From: Flaccisagitta enflata
Lineage: Eukaryota
Direction: 5' to 3'
Assembly: GCA_965153355.1 (NCBI GenBank)
Contig: OZ231126.1
Location: forward strand, 48,174,001-48,238,000
DNA: 64,000 nucleotides
Position 1 is the stretch's first letter. Each line of letters begins with the position of its first letter. Positions 1-13,829 of the stretch are shown one piece after another. The notes below the pieces were generated by a model, which was given only the letters and a program-made list of their open reading frames with translations, was not told the DNA's origin and made no database searches. The translations under genes were made by a program, and so were the position numbers.

Positions 1-283
1 TTCTCTGCTGGCCCCTGAACTTATTGCGGAGTACAACTACAGTTCATTAGCTATTTGCCTACCTCACTATCTTCTATCCTTTGCAGAAACGTCATGGACA
101 ATCAAACCCTGCATTAACGGATAACAAGGGACCGATAGATTTTGGTAATTACAAATAAATTTTTATAATTGCAAAAAAGAAAAAAAAAATAAGCAGCTTA
201 AAAAGACCAACATTTTATATTTGTTAGAGGTGGATTTCCTTTACTCTCGGATCCGTCATTGCGGGGTGCAACTGTACAGGTAT

Positions 284-2328
284 CTACAGCAGAAATTTTC
301 GCATCACGTCGGAAAAATACGAGAGCGCCATCAATAAGCCATCGAACGAAACTAAGAGCTCGAAGATGAATTTGGACGTCGAGTTTGCCGTAAAGAAGAA
401 AATCACCCCGAAAATCCACTGCAGACTCTGAAAGACGATGAGCTTCATCAAAAATTTGACGAGGGCGAAGAATCCTTCTTTGTCCATAGGCTTGTCCCGC
501 AGCTTCACGAATTGAATCAGACTGAATACCAAATTTCCCACGCCGATCGTAACCACGATGGAGGCCGGCAAAGCTATGAAAAACAACCTTCCGCGCTCAC
601 CAGTCAACATGCAATACCCTTCGAGGCCGTAATGCATCGGAGATTCGTGGGAAAACTGCTCGATACACCATAAGATAACAACGGCGCCAAGTGGTCCAAT
701 CCAAACACCGATGGTCAGTAAAACCTCCCTTTGACTCAAGCCTGGTTCCCTGTTTTCAACAGTTAAAGCGGCCATGTTGTGATTTAACTGCCACAGAAGA
801 TGCGCAACTTGTACTCCATACCAGGCGACGTAACAAAAGGAAACGAGTAACGCGTAATGAATCAAAAGCGCAAACGCTTTGCAAACGACAGTGACACGTC
901 TGAAGGCTGTACCACCACAAAGAGCCAAGAAAAACGCGAGTTTACTGACTGCGATCCCCAACTGACATCGCTTGGCTTTGGAAATGACTCCCGTACACGT
1001 TAAATGGACAATCATCGACGAGAAGAAGAAGATGGAAGTGCCACTGCCAGTCAGGGAAATTACCAACACCCCAAAAAGCCGATCGCTATGGTCCTCCATC
1101 CCTCTTTTGACCGAAGCTTCCTCCATGATGGACCATAAAAAGCCGGAGTGACCCAAATTGACTCTGTTTTCTAGAAATCTCCAATCTTGAAAATTTCTCA
1201 TCATATGCATGATTTTATTCATGTTACTGGTCACAAATGGAAGCAAGATCGGGCCACAATGACGACAGAAACATGGAGAGTCTACCGCCTCTACCCTGTC
1301 GTGATGCATGAGCAGCAGAAAATTTGTACGCCTTTGATTCTTATCACGACTTTTATCGTCGTCGTTAAACAAGCATAACTTACCAAGCCTGTTGCGCCCA
1401 TGTAAACCATTCGAGTTGGGGTAAGAAATCGAGTCACCGGAGCAAGTTAATGATTCATTATCCAAAGGGCTAAAATCTAAGGAACCTCCAAGTTTGATGT
1501 CATGAAAAAGTTTGCGACAAGCCAAACCACCTGGGATTTCCAATCGCCAAAAGTGTTCCTCGGTGACATTTTCGAAATTACAAAGAGCGCAGAAAGCATT
1601 TCGGTACGTCAATCCATTGATTTCAACGGGTAAGCGTAACGCTGGATTGCTTTCTTTGCCCAATTTTGGTGACACACACTTGGACTTGATTTTATCATCG
1701 TGAAACCACTTTGAACACGACGTGATCACGTAAAAACCAATACCTATAAATATCTGATTTTGTCTGTAATTGTGTGTCGAAACGCACTTAACTTGGACTT
1801 CATCCGGTACCGTATCGTGGCCACGTCCGACGTCGAAATCCATACAGCAATCTCCAAAACGGACGCATAACTCGTCGCAGTGGCAAAGGGACAAACTTGA
1901 TTGGAAATCGTACAATTTGTCCTCGTCTTTGCCCGCGCAATATTTTGTTGGGAAATCAAGCGGACATGCTTCTTCTTGCTTTTGATCCTGGCTCCAGAAA
2001 TCCCTGATGGCCGATACATGCTCAAATATCTCCAGATGCTCGCCAATCAATCCGCCTATGGCCACCCGCGTGCCTTCGTTCATTTCATGTATGGTCAATT
2101 TTAAACACTTGATTCTCTTTGTTTGCACGGATCTTGTATGAAGCGAATCTGGTGAGGTACATTCTATCAATGCTGAGATAGGCATCCAATCCTCATTGGT
2201 AGAATAGCAATCCAAGTGTTTTCCAAAAAATTGAAACTTGGTTGGGAACAAAAACTTGCGAGTCTCAGTTGGAAACTCGTAAACTTGATCAAAGGTTGTA
2301 TTCTCTAAATCGTCAATGATTAGAGAAC
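284..2328 (-). CDS. Terminal coding exon of an adhesion/Methuselah-like (class B2) GPCR with somatomedin-B-like Cys domain and 7TM
   Basis: 655-aa ORF with SMB-like CHCDELCVRFGDCCMDF, YRNAFCALCN motif, seven hydrophobic helices and class-B-like motifs (CKAFALLIHYALLVSF, YGLEGYC, LQWIFG). The frame stays open upstream of the TTG to an acceptor ttttttttttaaattacag| (AG at 2330-2329), phase 1. Confidence 0.9.
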
Positions 2329-2544
2329 CTGTAATTTAAAAAAAAAACTTATATATCACAGACATCTAATTTTTTGTTGTCGGCAATTTAATACATCACG
2401 TCTAGGTCCATCATAAAGTTCTTCATCAGTCCGTGTACTCCGTCGTCAGTCTAGGTCCATTATCCATAAAGATTTGAGCAACGGCTGGGTCAAACCGACT
2501 ACCATAGCAACATAGTTCCGTACATCAACATGCGCAACAGTTAC

Positions 2545-2672
2545 CTTCCCAAGGTACTAGTGAGACGCTTTCATACCGCTCTAGTCTCAACACTGTGAAT
2601 ATCCAAGAATTATGCAAGTTCCACGCGATTGACAGTGGAGGAGTATAGGTTGAAATCCAAGGTAACTCTTCA
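2545..2672 (-). CDS. Probable upstream exon of the GPCR (EELPWISTYTPPLSIAWNLHNSWIFTVLRLERYESVSLVPWE)
   Basis: Acceptor ggttttctttcag| and donor GAAG|GTAACT. Open frame ends in phase 1, matching the exon starting at 2328 (G|GT = Gly). Confidence 0.55.
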
Positions 2673-3995
2673 CTGAAAGAAAACCATATAAACCAATGAC
2701 TTTAACCAATCACGCTATCGTGAATCATTGGCATATTCCAATCTCAACCCGATCGCCTCTGATATAAGTCCCATAAAGGACAGGATCAGTTGGCCATTGG
2801 AATCAACATCCATTGAATAGGGGTAAAATGGGACACCGAGGGTAAAACGGCCCCTTTTTCTCAGAAAATACGAATACTGTTGAACCTCGCAATAGTGGAT
2901 GTCAAGGAACCAACAAAAATCATCTGTTTTATGGGAAATTTATCTGTTGTTGCAGTTATGAGAAATTAGAAGAACATAGAGGAACCAAGATTCTAGGTCT
3001 GTCCGTTATCTATAGCCGGATCCAACAGGCCTTGATTTAGAGCGTACCCGCGTGCCCGATATTATTTGCTGAATTTTGCCATCGGGCACACTGTTATTCC
3101 TGACAGCGTCCCCGGCTGGCACGCTCATCACATCACACTGACTCTATTTCATCAAGGATAAAAAACGAATTATTTCACCATCGCAAATATTTTTGTGAAA
3201 CCATCAAAAAATTATGAATCAACGTGTGGATCCGGTATGGTGGGATATACTACCTAGGAAATAAGTTTGGCACCAACCAAATTTTAATTGAATTGTTAAT
3301 GTAGTATTTTCAGTACCTAATTTGATTTTTCTTTTACCTAATAATCCCCTGTGATACTTCCCAGAAACGATTTGTGCTCATTTTCATAGAAGATGAGGTG
3401 TTATTGTTTCATTGTTTGTTAGCATCATATCACAGACTAATGATACTGAAGGTGAGTTTTCATCATTTTTGTCTGAAAATTTTCTAGCAATTCTATGACC
3501 TGAGATATCTACTGTAGAAGGCCCTTTAATTTTGAATCTTTTTTTATCCTTACCTTGTCAATTTTGTTGCAATTTATAAAAGGACTGTTTTCTTTCTTTT
3601 AGTCATCTTTAAATGGTTAATGCCACTGATAAACTGTCCAAATTTTTTTTTGTATTTCTTGAAATTGAAGTTGATGCTCAAATTTTTTCCAAGGTAGTCA
3701 CTGTACTAGAAAATTGATAGTGATTATGATGCTTCAAAAATTTTTAGTGTATTTATTTTTCCGTGAAAGGGAAACATAGTTTTATGGAAAAGTTTTATAG
3801 TTCTAGTAGTTACAGTAGTTTTACATAGTTGTTTGGAAAACTAGGAGTGGGGCCTATAACTAGTCAGTGAGGGTTCACAAGGTCCTCTTCCATTTATTTC
3901 AATTAGGGTGTTGTTAGGGACACTATCATAGAAATTTAGCTAACATTTATACTGGGGAAGAAAAATGTAGGTGACCCATTTAACCCATCACCCCT

Positions 3996-4813
3996 CACTG
4001 TGCTTTTAAACAAGGCCGGATACACGGCTACCGAAGTCGCGTGCGGGTGGGCAGGGGCCATATTTGAGGTCACCAGATCATTTGGGCAGGAGCAGTGAGG
4101 TCAAAGAAATAAAATCATAAAAAAGTAAAGTGTGACGGCCCAACGGCCCAACGGACCAACCGACTGACAGACAAAGCGGGTTGTAGCGTCGCGTGCACGC
4201 GACTAAAAAATTCTCAGTGGAAAGTCATATAACTGTGGGTTTTTCTGCATTTTTGAGCAGTATTGGAATGTAAGAGCATGTAACTAGCAAAAATAAAATC
4301 ATTCCCCGAGCGCTTTTTGAGTAATCTTCAAAATAGAAAAAAAATAAACCTATTTGTAATGCAGATTCTAATGAGTTGTATTAGCTCATTTTTTAATTCC
4401 ATATTGTTATTCTATTCAAAATTTCCTTTCATTTGATAGGTCACACTATATAGTTTTATATAGAAATTCGGTTTTTATATTATGAGCCACCATTATTTTT
4501 TTGTAACGGTGACTCAAAAAATGAAAATTTTAATTCTTTGCAAAAGTATAGAGTGCGACATATCATATGAAAGAAAGAAATGCATATATTAACAATGTAG
4601 AATCAGAAATTTATTCAACGCATCCCAGAAGAATCTGCATTGAATTTGAAATTAGGTCTATTTTTGTCTGATTCTGAAGGTTACTCAAAAAGCGCTCAGG
4701 GAATGATTTTGTTTTTGCTAGTTACATGCTCTTACACCCCAATACTGCTCAAAAATGCAGAAAATCCCACAGTTATATGACGTTTCACTCAGAATTGTTT
4801 TAAAAGCACAGTG
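3996..4813. mobile_element. Non-autonomous CAC...GTG element with long TIRs and 4-bp TSD (Chapaev-like)
   Basis: Ends CACTGTG / CACAGTG, flanked by CCCT on both sides. About 130 bp of inverted arms (4210-4335 vs 4675-4800). Left TIR is interrupted by a HINE. Confidence 0.8.
4008..4208 (+). mobile_element. Helentron-associated (HINE/DINE-1-like) element, family A
   Basis: aaacaaggccggatacacggc hairpin end, subTIR AGTCGCGTGC, GGAC/CCAA repeats, terminal palindrome gtcgcgtgcacgcgact followed by an A run. Confidence 0.75.
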
Positions 4814-5654
4814 CCCTATGTAATTTAGTTAAAGTCTAATCCCCGTTTACTACGTTTTTTTTTTTTTGGTTCGTGGAATGAGTAGGATTGAAGTGATGAA
4901 TCAAACGTGAGTTTTCTTACAAGTTTGTCCAAATGGTCTCATTGCCAAAGGTATCCCGACCAGCTCCAATTATCTCAAAGGCTGGAAAGTGAAATGAAGT
5001 GAAGTTAAGTGAGTGATTGTAAAGAATCTGCTTTTACTTCAATCCTCATATTCTTATCCCAAACCCCATGACAAGTGCTCAACCACCTTTTGCACCCAGA
5101 ATTTCATGCTATCATCAAACAATATCTTAACAAAGGTAAAACGGAGTTACAGTTTCAGCGTGTGATAAAATCATCATTTTTAGGAAGTTTCCTTGAGATT
5201 AGATAATGAAATATACAGTTTCAAAATTGTTTTTTAATACATTAGAAATTTCATAAACAAAGTCCATCGTGAAGTAATGTATACCGTACTAAATCTTATT
5301 ACAAAATGAGTATAAATGATACTGGTGCTATATTGAGTAACAAGTAGTTGAATCTGTGAACTAGATTGTAATTGTTAAGTCTAGTCCCTTGGTCAAATGT
5401 TAGTTTGAAAATTAGGAGCCTGAAATTGAATTTAGATATACATGGAAATTGAAAGTCCTCAGTCGTCTTAAGATCGATGCCATGGATAAAGTGTTGCTTG
5501 CATTGAGTTTTGCACAAATCACCAAAAGCCGTGGAGCTGGTGATAATGATAATGAGCACAACGCTGTTAAAAGTGAACATACTGTCCGTGAATTTGATAA
5601 AAGAAAAATAAGTCAAAGTGAAATAAGTTTAATGTAGTTTCATGTAATCCGCTG

Positions 5655-5960
5655 TAGGGGTGTATGTAATTGAGTGAATTTTGATTTTATCCCCCCCTCC
5701 TGCCTTTGATTTTCATCCTCGTGACATGTCGCGGTTGCATTACAAAATCTATGATTCTTTCCCCACAAAGCAATAACACAGTGTATATTATAGGTTTAAT
5801 AGTGTTGAATTGTGTTGTTGTAATCAAATATCACCTTTTGAGACTACCATAAGTGTTTAATCTTCGAAATTTTTTTTCCCCATCTTTAAACCTTTTGATT
5901 CTCTTCCCCTCCTGCCTACGGGGGGGGGGGGGAGAGAATACTCAACTATATACACGCCTG
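5655..5960. mobile_element. Degenerate hAT-type MITE (same family as 22009-22350)
   Basis: Ends taggggtgtat / atacacgcctg. Flanks atccgctg / aaccactg match 6/8, consistent with a decayed 8-bp TSD. Confidence 0.6.
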
Positions 5961-7062
5961 AACCACTGGAATTCTGAATTGACAACTACTTTTGTCACAA
6001 AACTTTTGTGTTAGTTTGCTCTCTTGAGTTTATGTTCAGATTTTGCCTTTAAATCCACTTACACTATTTGTAACCTGGTGGGAACTTGATGACAGGGAGG
6101 CTTATGTCGATTGACGACTTTAAATGAAAAGGAAAAGGGGCCAATTTCTATGAGTGTTTCAAGTGATGCATTTATATTGAATTGATCTAAATTGTGTTGC
6201 AATGGTGATGACATGACATGAAAGAAAACCAAAGTACAAATTAGGAAAAATCCAAAATAGCAAAGTGTTACTGAGCGAGTGACGGATCAACCAACAGACA
6301 CAGCGGGTTTTTAGAGTTGCTTGATTAAAAATACGTCTGTGCATTTGTGAAGTAGCTCGAACATGTTGGAAAACCTTCGTACGAAAGAGGGTGGAACCAA
6401 GCCCAAGGTAATGAAGAAAATAATCGATATCGAGATTGAATCGGAAGAAAATTACCTATTTAAGAAAAAAACGCATTTACCTTTTATTAGGAAATCGAAT
6501 TAGGTGGAAAATGGCCAAGTGATATCGATTGCCAGCTATGAACCATGGCACTTTCCACCGCAGCCCAGGAAGTCCGTAGCTCGATCCGTCTGTCTGCCAC
6601 ACTTTCGCCATTTGTTCCTAAGGATGCACTAGTTCGCATGGATGTAGAGGGAAATGATTTTTCAAGTTTGACATTGAATTTGGTGACAATATACTTTTTG
6701 ACGTCATATTTCTTTTTTTTTTTTGCTATTAAAAAACAAAATTAAAGCTTTCTCGGAGCCTTTTTTGAGGGCCTAAGGGCCAATCTCATACATCCATGCT
6801 TGGTAAAAATGTTTGTGATGTACGTGACTTCGTTTATTTTTCTCTCTCTCTCTCGATTGGTAAATTGCGTTACTTTGTTTGCTCTTCTTACCGATTTATT
6901 AATGGATCCGGATGGACAATCAACGAATTCATCATTGCGTTCCATTGCTTTACCGATTGGTTATTCGATTTTCTTATAATTCAATATCATTCTTTATTAA
7001 AAAGGAAAGAAAGAAAGAATGACAGACAGAACGAAAGAGTCAGGACATCAGGAGAAAATAGT

Positions 7063-7284
<222 letters not shown>

Positions 7285-7499
7285 GAAATAAATTGGAAAT
7301 CGGAAAGCAAAACACAGCCATTTGAAGTTTGTGTTGAGGTTAAAAAATCAAAAACAAGTCTGCGTCTGTAAATGAAATATTTCAGCCATGTGAAGAACGG
7401 TTTTACGTGTTGACTCGGAACGCGAAAGGCTACGCGCGATTTCAGTAACAGTCACGAATCTGCGTCGGGTTTCTCTACTAAATGATACACGAACTGATT

Positions 7500-7765
7500 T
7501 ATTCATTCCTTTCATTAATTATGCACTCCGTCATTCATTCACTCACTCACTCATTCATTCATTCATTCATTCATTCATTCATTCAATCATTCATTCAGTC
7601 ATTCATTCAGTCATTCATTCATTCATTCATTCATTCATTCATTCATTCATTCATTCATTCATTCATTCATTCATTCAGTCATTCTTTCATTCATTCATTC
7701 ATTCATTCATTCATTCATTCATTCATTCAATCATTCATTCACTCATTCAAAAAACTCATTCATTG
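7500..7765. repeat. (TTCA)n microsatellite
   Basis: Direct inspection. Confidence 0.95.
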
Positions 7766-8039
7766 TTTTCCTTACTTGTTCCTCACTTGTCCATCGGCGG
7801 GTCGAATTGGACTGGTCGTTTTTATTTCTTAGCGAGGTAGTGACAACCAGCGGGCTGAAATGACCCTGCCCATAGCCCCTGCCCATTGGAAATACCATCT
7901 TATTAGGGCCATTGCCACTGCCTCTGCCTGAGATCCAACTGCTAACATGATCTCAATCACTCACCACCCCTTTTCCATCTACTTTACCACCCTCTCTCTT
8001 CTTCTACAATATTGACCCTACTTAGATAGTTGTCAGTGC

Positions 8040-9460
8040 TGCTGCCACTGCCTCCGCCGCCGCCGCCGCCTCTGCCTCTGCTACAACAAATCTGTCTACA
8101 TGATCTCAATCTCCCGCCGCCTCCTCCATTTGTTTTGTATCATGGGTATTTTCATTGTAGAGATTACTTTCAGCTGCTACTATCGCTTTAACGCCGCCGC
8201 CGCCTCCTCCTCCTCCTGCTGCTGCTGCTCCTCCTCCTCCGCCGCCGCCGCCGCCGCCGCCTCCACTCCTCCTCGTCCTTCTCCGCCGCCGCCGCCTCCT
8301 ATCATCCTCGTCCCTCTCCGCTGCCGCTGCTGCCTCCTCTCCTCCTCATCCTTCTCCGCCGCCGCCGCCGCCTCCTCTCCTCCTCATCCTTCTCCGCCGC
8401 AGCCGCCGCCTCCTCTCCTCCTCGTTCTTCTCCGCCGCCGCCGCCGCCTCCACTCCTCGTCCTTCTCCGCCGCCGCCGCCGCCTCCTCTCCTCCTTGTCC
8501 TTCTCCGCCACCGCCGCACTAAGGGCGTTTTTTTAGTAATATGGCGAATAAACAATGAATTTTTTATTTCAATTTTTGATTGATAGATCTATAGATAGGT
8601 CTTATGGAAAGTGATCCTCACCAGTTTTGAACAATTCTTCATCTTGTATTGCCCAGAAAGTTACTTTTAGTAATGTTTTCCTCTTTATATCATTACTGAG
8701 ACGGACAAAAAATCCATAGCCGCCTTTTGCCATGGAAAGACTAGGCTCTATCTGTAGCTATGGCAATAACGATTCTAGGTTCAAAATCTGAAGATACACT
8801 TTTTATCACTTTAGGAGTTATAGCACATGGAAAATAGTTGCAATATCTGCTCATTGCATTAGGGAAATCCATCATCGCATCTTTCAGCGATTTTTTCCCT
8901 TAAAAAACGGGACCAAAATGCAGCTGAGGAACAGCAGAGACAGCTGAGAGGCAGGAGAAGCTGCAGGGGAGTGAGAGTTTTTTGTTTTCATTGCACTTTC
9001 TGGCAATCAAAAGAGGTGGCCTCTACGTACAAAAATGTAAACCATTGCTCTCACAGACTCCAGACAGATGGTACAGACGGGTAAGCATGCCCTATTTTCC
9101 AGTGTGCGCCGCCGCCGCCGCCTCTTACCTCCTCCTTCACCGCCGCCTCCTCTCCTCATCCTCCTCCTCCTCTTCCCACTCTGCTGTCGCCGCCGCCGCC
9201 GCCGCCTCCTCCTCCTCCTCTGCCGCCACCGCCTCCTCCTCCTCCTCCTCCCCAACTGCCGCCGCCGCCGCCTCCTTTACAAAAAAAATCAAATTTAAAA
9301 AAATTTAAAGAACATTTTATAAAATATCAAAAAAAGAATCAAATTTAAAAGAAATCAAATAAAAGAAATGAAAAAAAAAAAAGAAAAAGAAAATCTAAAA
9401 AAAGTATTTGAAATGAATTAAAAGAATAAATAAGAAAAAAATTCAAGGAGAGGAGGCTGA

Positions 9461-9499
<39 letters not shown>

Positions 9500-9880
9500 T
9501 GCGGTGGAGGAGGAGGAGGAGGAGGAGGCGGCGGCGGCAGCAGCAATGGAGGAGGAGGAGGCTATGGCGGAAAAGGAGGAGGCGGCGGCAGGGGAGGAGG
9601 AGGCGGCGGTGGTTGTGGGGGAGGAGGCGGCGGCGGCGGCGGAGGAGGATGAGGAGGTTGAGGAGAGGAGGTGGTGGCAAGGGAGGAGGAGGAATGAGGA
9701 GGCAGTGGTGGTTGAGGAGGAGGAGGATGTGGAGGTGGGAGAGAATTTTTTTTTCACTTTAATGGTGAGGAAGATGTGTACTACACATTGTGTAGCAGCA
9801 TGGGAGGGGGCAACAAAGCTGGTGAGGGCGGCGGTGGTAGGAGGGGGGCTATAACAGTGGAGGCAGAGGCGGCGGTGGCA
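8040..9880. repeat. GCC/TCC triplet tracts (8040-8516, 9107-9277) and complementary GGC/GGA tract (9445-9880)
   Basis: Strong C-rich then G-rich strand asymmetry around an A-rich spacer. Confidence 0.85.
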
Positions 9881-10546
9881 GGTCCACTGTTATTTTTGAG
9901 TCAAATTTGAGACAGACCACTGGGAGTCAATGGGTGTTCTTAGCTATTTGATATTGTTAATTTAGTATTGATAATAATAAGACAAATTCTTTCCTCCCGA
10001 ATGAACACCAGAAGCACTAACGCGGTAATAGCATCATATAGGAGAGGTGCTGGGATAACATTGCGCCAGAAGCTTTGAAAAGTTCGAACGATTTATGAGT
10101 TTGCGTTTAATTATTGTAAAAAATTAATCGATATCACACTTCATAATTACTCCAAATACTCATTAGCTGAACTTAAAATGAGTTTAATTCTTTGATAATT
10201 AAAAGTTGAGACGCCAAAAGAAATAAATATTGTTTGACTGGCGTTTTCATTCTTTCGCAAACAAAGTTTTCAATGTGTCACATTGTCTCTAGAGCTGGAC
10301 TTTCATAAGTTGGTCGGTTCGTCATATTTGCCAATTCATGGATGTTGGGCCATGGGACGCCACATCCACCACATTCGGTCTTGAAGTCCAGTCGGTCGTG
10401 ATTTAGGGGAGATTCATTAAAGAAATGGAAAGAAATTATCTCGAAAATAGGCTATTTTTAGGAAATAAGCCATTTTTGATTAAGATTAACCTTGGTTAGA
10501 AAAAATGATAAAGAAACATAAGGAAAGGTTTTGGATCATGTATGAA

Positions 10547-11130
10547 AAGTCGCAAAAGCGTTAGATGGTTTGTGAGTGTATGTGGGTGTGAGGTGGTCAG
10601 AAGGGCAGCGGCCCCGAAGGGGCCGATGACCTATGCTGTTATAATTTGAGCCTCAAGGCTGGAATTGGGGCCTTGAGGCTGGGATTTGGGCCTTGAGGCT
10701 GGGATATGGGCCATGAAGCTGGGATTTGAGCCTTGAGGCTGGGATTTGAGCCTCAAGGCTGAGATTTGAGCCTCGAGGCTGGGATTTGAGCTTCGAGGCT
10801 GGGATTTGAGCTTCTTGGCTAGGAACTGAGCTATGAGGCTATGATTTGAGCCTCAAGGCTGGGATTTGAGCCTTGAGGCCAGGATTTGAGCCTTGAGGCT
10901 GGGTTTTGAGCCTGGAGGCTGGGATTTGAGGCTCAAGGCTGGGAGTTGAGCTTTTAGGCTGGATTTTGAGCTTTGAGGGCTGGAAAATGAGCCTTCAGGC
11001 TGGAAAATGAGCCCTGCGACTAGAATTTGAGCTTCAGAGCCGGGGGGGGGGGGACGGAGAAGAAGAAGAAGAAGGAGGAGGAGGAGAAAATCTCCCATAT
11101 GTGTGAGAGCATAGGTCATTGGCCCCTGGA
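10547..11130 (+). mobile_element. HINE-like family B with internal 20-bp minisatellite (gggatttgagccttgaggct)
   Basis: Left gtcgcaaaagcgttagatgg, then gggcagcggccccgaaggggccgatgacctatgct, a 20-bp array, and the inverted copy gcataggtcattggcccc. Near-identical copies elsewhere in the window. Confidence 0.75.
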
Positions 11131-13050
11131 CTTGAATTGTGAAGGGGACGTGAAAATTTTGGAGCTGGAATTCACTTATAGTTGACATGTTTGAATTCAG
11201 AAGTAGCTTTGGTTTCCCTCGTTAGTGACGTGCTAAAAAACAGCGACAGCAACAGCGACAGCGACAGCGACAGCAATTGTAGGAAAGAGGCCCTAAAATG
11301 ATTGAAAATGCTGAAAAAGAATGCAAGTTTCACATGACCAAATATACCGAGGGAATGCGTGACCATTTTGATCAACCAACCAACGGACGCACGGACATAG
11401 CTTCTTATGGAAAGTGTACACCAGATGACCAGTTCTCTTTCAAATTAATTAATTGAAATACGGCAGACGATTCAGACTAGCAAGCTGGTCTTTTAAAAGT
11501 GTACACCAGATGATCAGTTCTCTTTCAAATTAATCAGTTGAAATACGGCAGCCGATTCAGACTAGCAAGAAGGTCCTTTAAAAGTGCTGTTTTATGGACG
11601 CAGTGACGCACAAGGGTTTCAAGGCCACTTGCATGTCAAAATTTTCATATGCCAGATTGGACGCATGGGTATCCAATGCGTCATTGTTTTTTCGCCATTC
11701 AGTCACGTGGTTACGCAACTCGGAACATATCAGGCGCTTGTGTCAAAGGGCGGAATTTCAAGTGAAAAGGAAATAAGACGGATTTATTATTAAATGCAAT
11801 GTGGACGGTCTTATGAGCCAAAAAGAGATTGAAAAAAAAAATGATGTCATGGAATGCCAAAATTGAAGAGGCCGTAATGGTTCGTGATGATTGACGAAAG
11901 ATAAGTTGTAAGGAAGTTTATTTTACTTTGGCAAGGTCGCAAAATTTGTTGTTTTTGACGATTCTGCGCGTGAGAAACAAAGTTGCTTTAATTAAAAAAG
12001 GAAAAAAAGGTGGAAAAGGACAGGAAGAAAACTATCGATGAATGAAAAAAAAAAAAAGAAAGATGAAAAAAAAAAACAAGCCCAAGACGGGCAAAAGTCG
12101 CGGACGATTCTGCAGGGACAGAGCTACAGACAGTGCTATAAAACAACAGTATTTCACACCTACATATCTTACAATGCACAATTAAAAGGACAAAATAGAC
12201 GATGTTTCAAAAATATTTCGGACGGATGGATGGATGGACGGACGGAGGGACGGTGTAGACTGAAGAGTCACGTGTCCGCGACTAAAAAGAAAGAGCGAAA
12301 GAAAGACAGAGATGAGGAAAGAAGGAAAGATAGATTGAAAGAAAGAAAGATTGGCGGTAAGAAATAAAGAAAGACGGAAAGAAAGAATAACGCTTTCATT
12401 AGTTGTACGTATAAAGCACGTTTGGAAAGCTAATTGATCAGATGATCACAACAGTGATCGTTTCGTCTGGTCTAAGATCGATTATCTTTATATATATATT
12501 TTATGTAAATTTTTTTTAATAATCAGAAAAATCGGTACGACTTGTGTGCATGTGTACGATGATCTCTCATTTGTTGGCAAGTCATTTCGAAATTGGCTCG
12601 CTAGAGTGACGATGTTTTTCAAAGACCGCGGTATTGGGTAACGATTGAATCATGCCAGTCACGCGGGTGACCAAAAACGCCAAAAAAGGAGGGACGAACG
12701 AACGGACAAACGAACATACGTAAACCCGACGGAGGGGCGGAAAGAATCCGTTTCCAAATTTGTAAAGCAAAGCCTCTAGACTTAGTCAAAACCATTCGTC
12801 GTTTATATACAATTATACATTAACCACCGATTGTAACTCAACACACGATTCACGATTCACGTGGCACCGGTAACCTCCCGGCTCCTTCCCTGACATAAAT
12901 TTGCCGAAATATAACGATTCTTGAACCAATCGTTAGAACGCTTATTACCTCCCTCAACCTTTTTGGCGACACTTTTGGATTCAGTAATGCAAAAAAAAGA
13001 CAACATCAACTTTGGACCTTTAACATAAAGAATGAGAATTGGGAGGTGAA

Positions 13051-13254
13051 AAAACAAGGGCGGATACACGGCTATTCCAGTCGCGTACGGGTGGGCAGGG
13101 GCCATATATGAGGTCACTTGATCATTTGGGCAGGAGCAGTGAGGCCAAAGACCGCAAAAACCAAAAAAAGTAAAGTGTGACGGACGGACGGACGGACGGA
13201 CGGAAGGACCGACCGACAAAGCGGGGTGTAGAGTCGCGTAACACGCGACTAAAA
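13051..13254 (+). mobile_element. HINE family A copy
   Basis: Same ends and (GGAC)n as 4008-4208. Confidence 0.75.
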
Positions 13255-13454
13255 AGAGAAAAGAGTGTAAAAGAAAGCAAGAAAAAAAGTACAATTGAAA
13301 AAGAAAAGGAAAACAAAAGATATGGGAAGAAAAAAAAAGTAAAGAAAAGGAGGAGGCAAAAGAAAAAGAAGCGAAGAAGCAAAGAACCCAAGAAAAGAAA
13401 AACAAGGCCGGATACACGGGCCAAGACGGTGCGCCGAGCGTTACTAATTCATAG

Positions 13455-13800
13455 CTATCCCTAGCTCCATCAGATCTATTCCTAGCTCTATCAGACCATT
13501 CCTAGCTCTATAAGACCTATCCCGCCGGGCGTTATTAATCCACAGCTATCCCTAGCTCCATCAGACCTATCCCTAGCTCTATCAGACCATTCCTAGCTCT
13601 ATAAGACCTATCCCGAGCTCTATTAGGCCTCTCCCGAGTGCTAACAGACCTTTCCGGAGCTCTATCAGACCTATCCCGAGTTCTATCAGACCTATCCCCA
13701 GCTCTATCAGACCTATCCCCAGCTCTATCAGACCTATCCGAAGACATGTCCGACCTATCACCAGACCTATCCAACCTATCCCCAGCTCTATAAAACCTAA
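13455..13800. repeat. 21-bp minisatellite (ctctatcagacctatccc(t/g/c)ag)
   Basis: Roughly 15 imperfect tandem copies. Confidence 0.9.
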
Positions 13801-13829
13801 CCGTAGCTGATTATATTAGTATCATTTAT

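Noticed and set aside
2818-3060. Clustered pogo-like and hAT-like left ends
   Set aside because: Partner ends and TSDs could not be established.
3996-4813. Transib/RSS assignment for the CACTGTG family
   Set aside because: The inward heptamer is CACTGTG, there is no nonamer at 12 or 23 bp, and the TSD is 4 bp, not 5 bp.
5299-5637. ORFs of 105 and 62 aa
   Set aside because: No recognisable motifs or convincing splice context; probably decayed repeat.
6456-6480. Apparent 25-nt GT-AG micro-intron on the minus strand
   Set aside because: Joining the flanks gives a stop in the frames I tested, so it is not supported as a coding intron.
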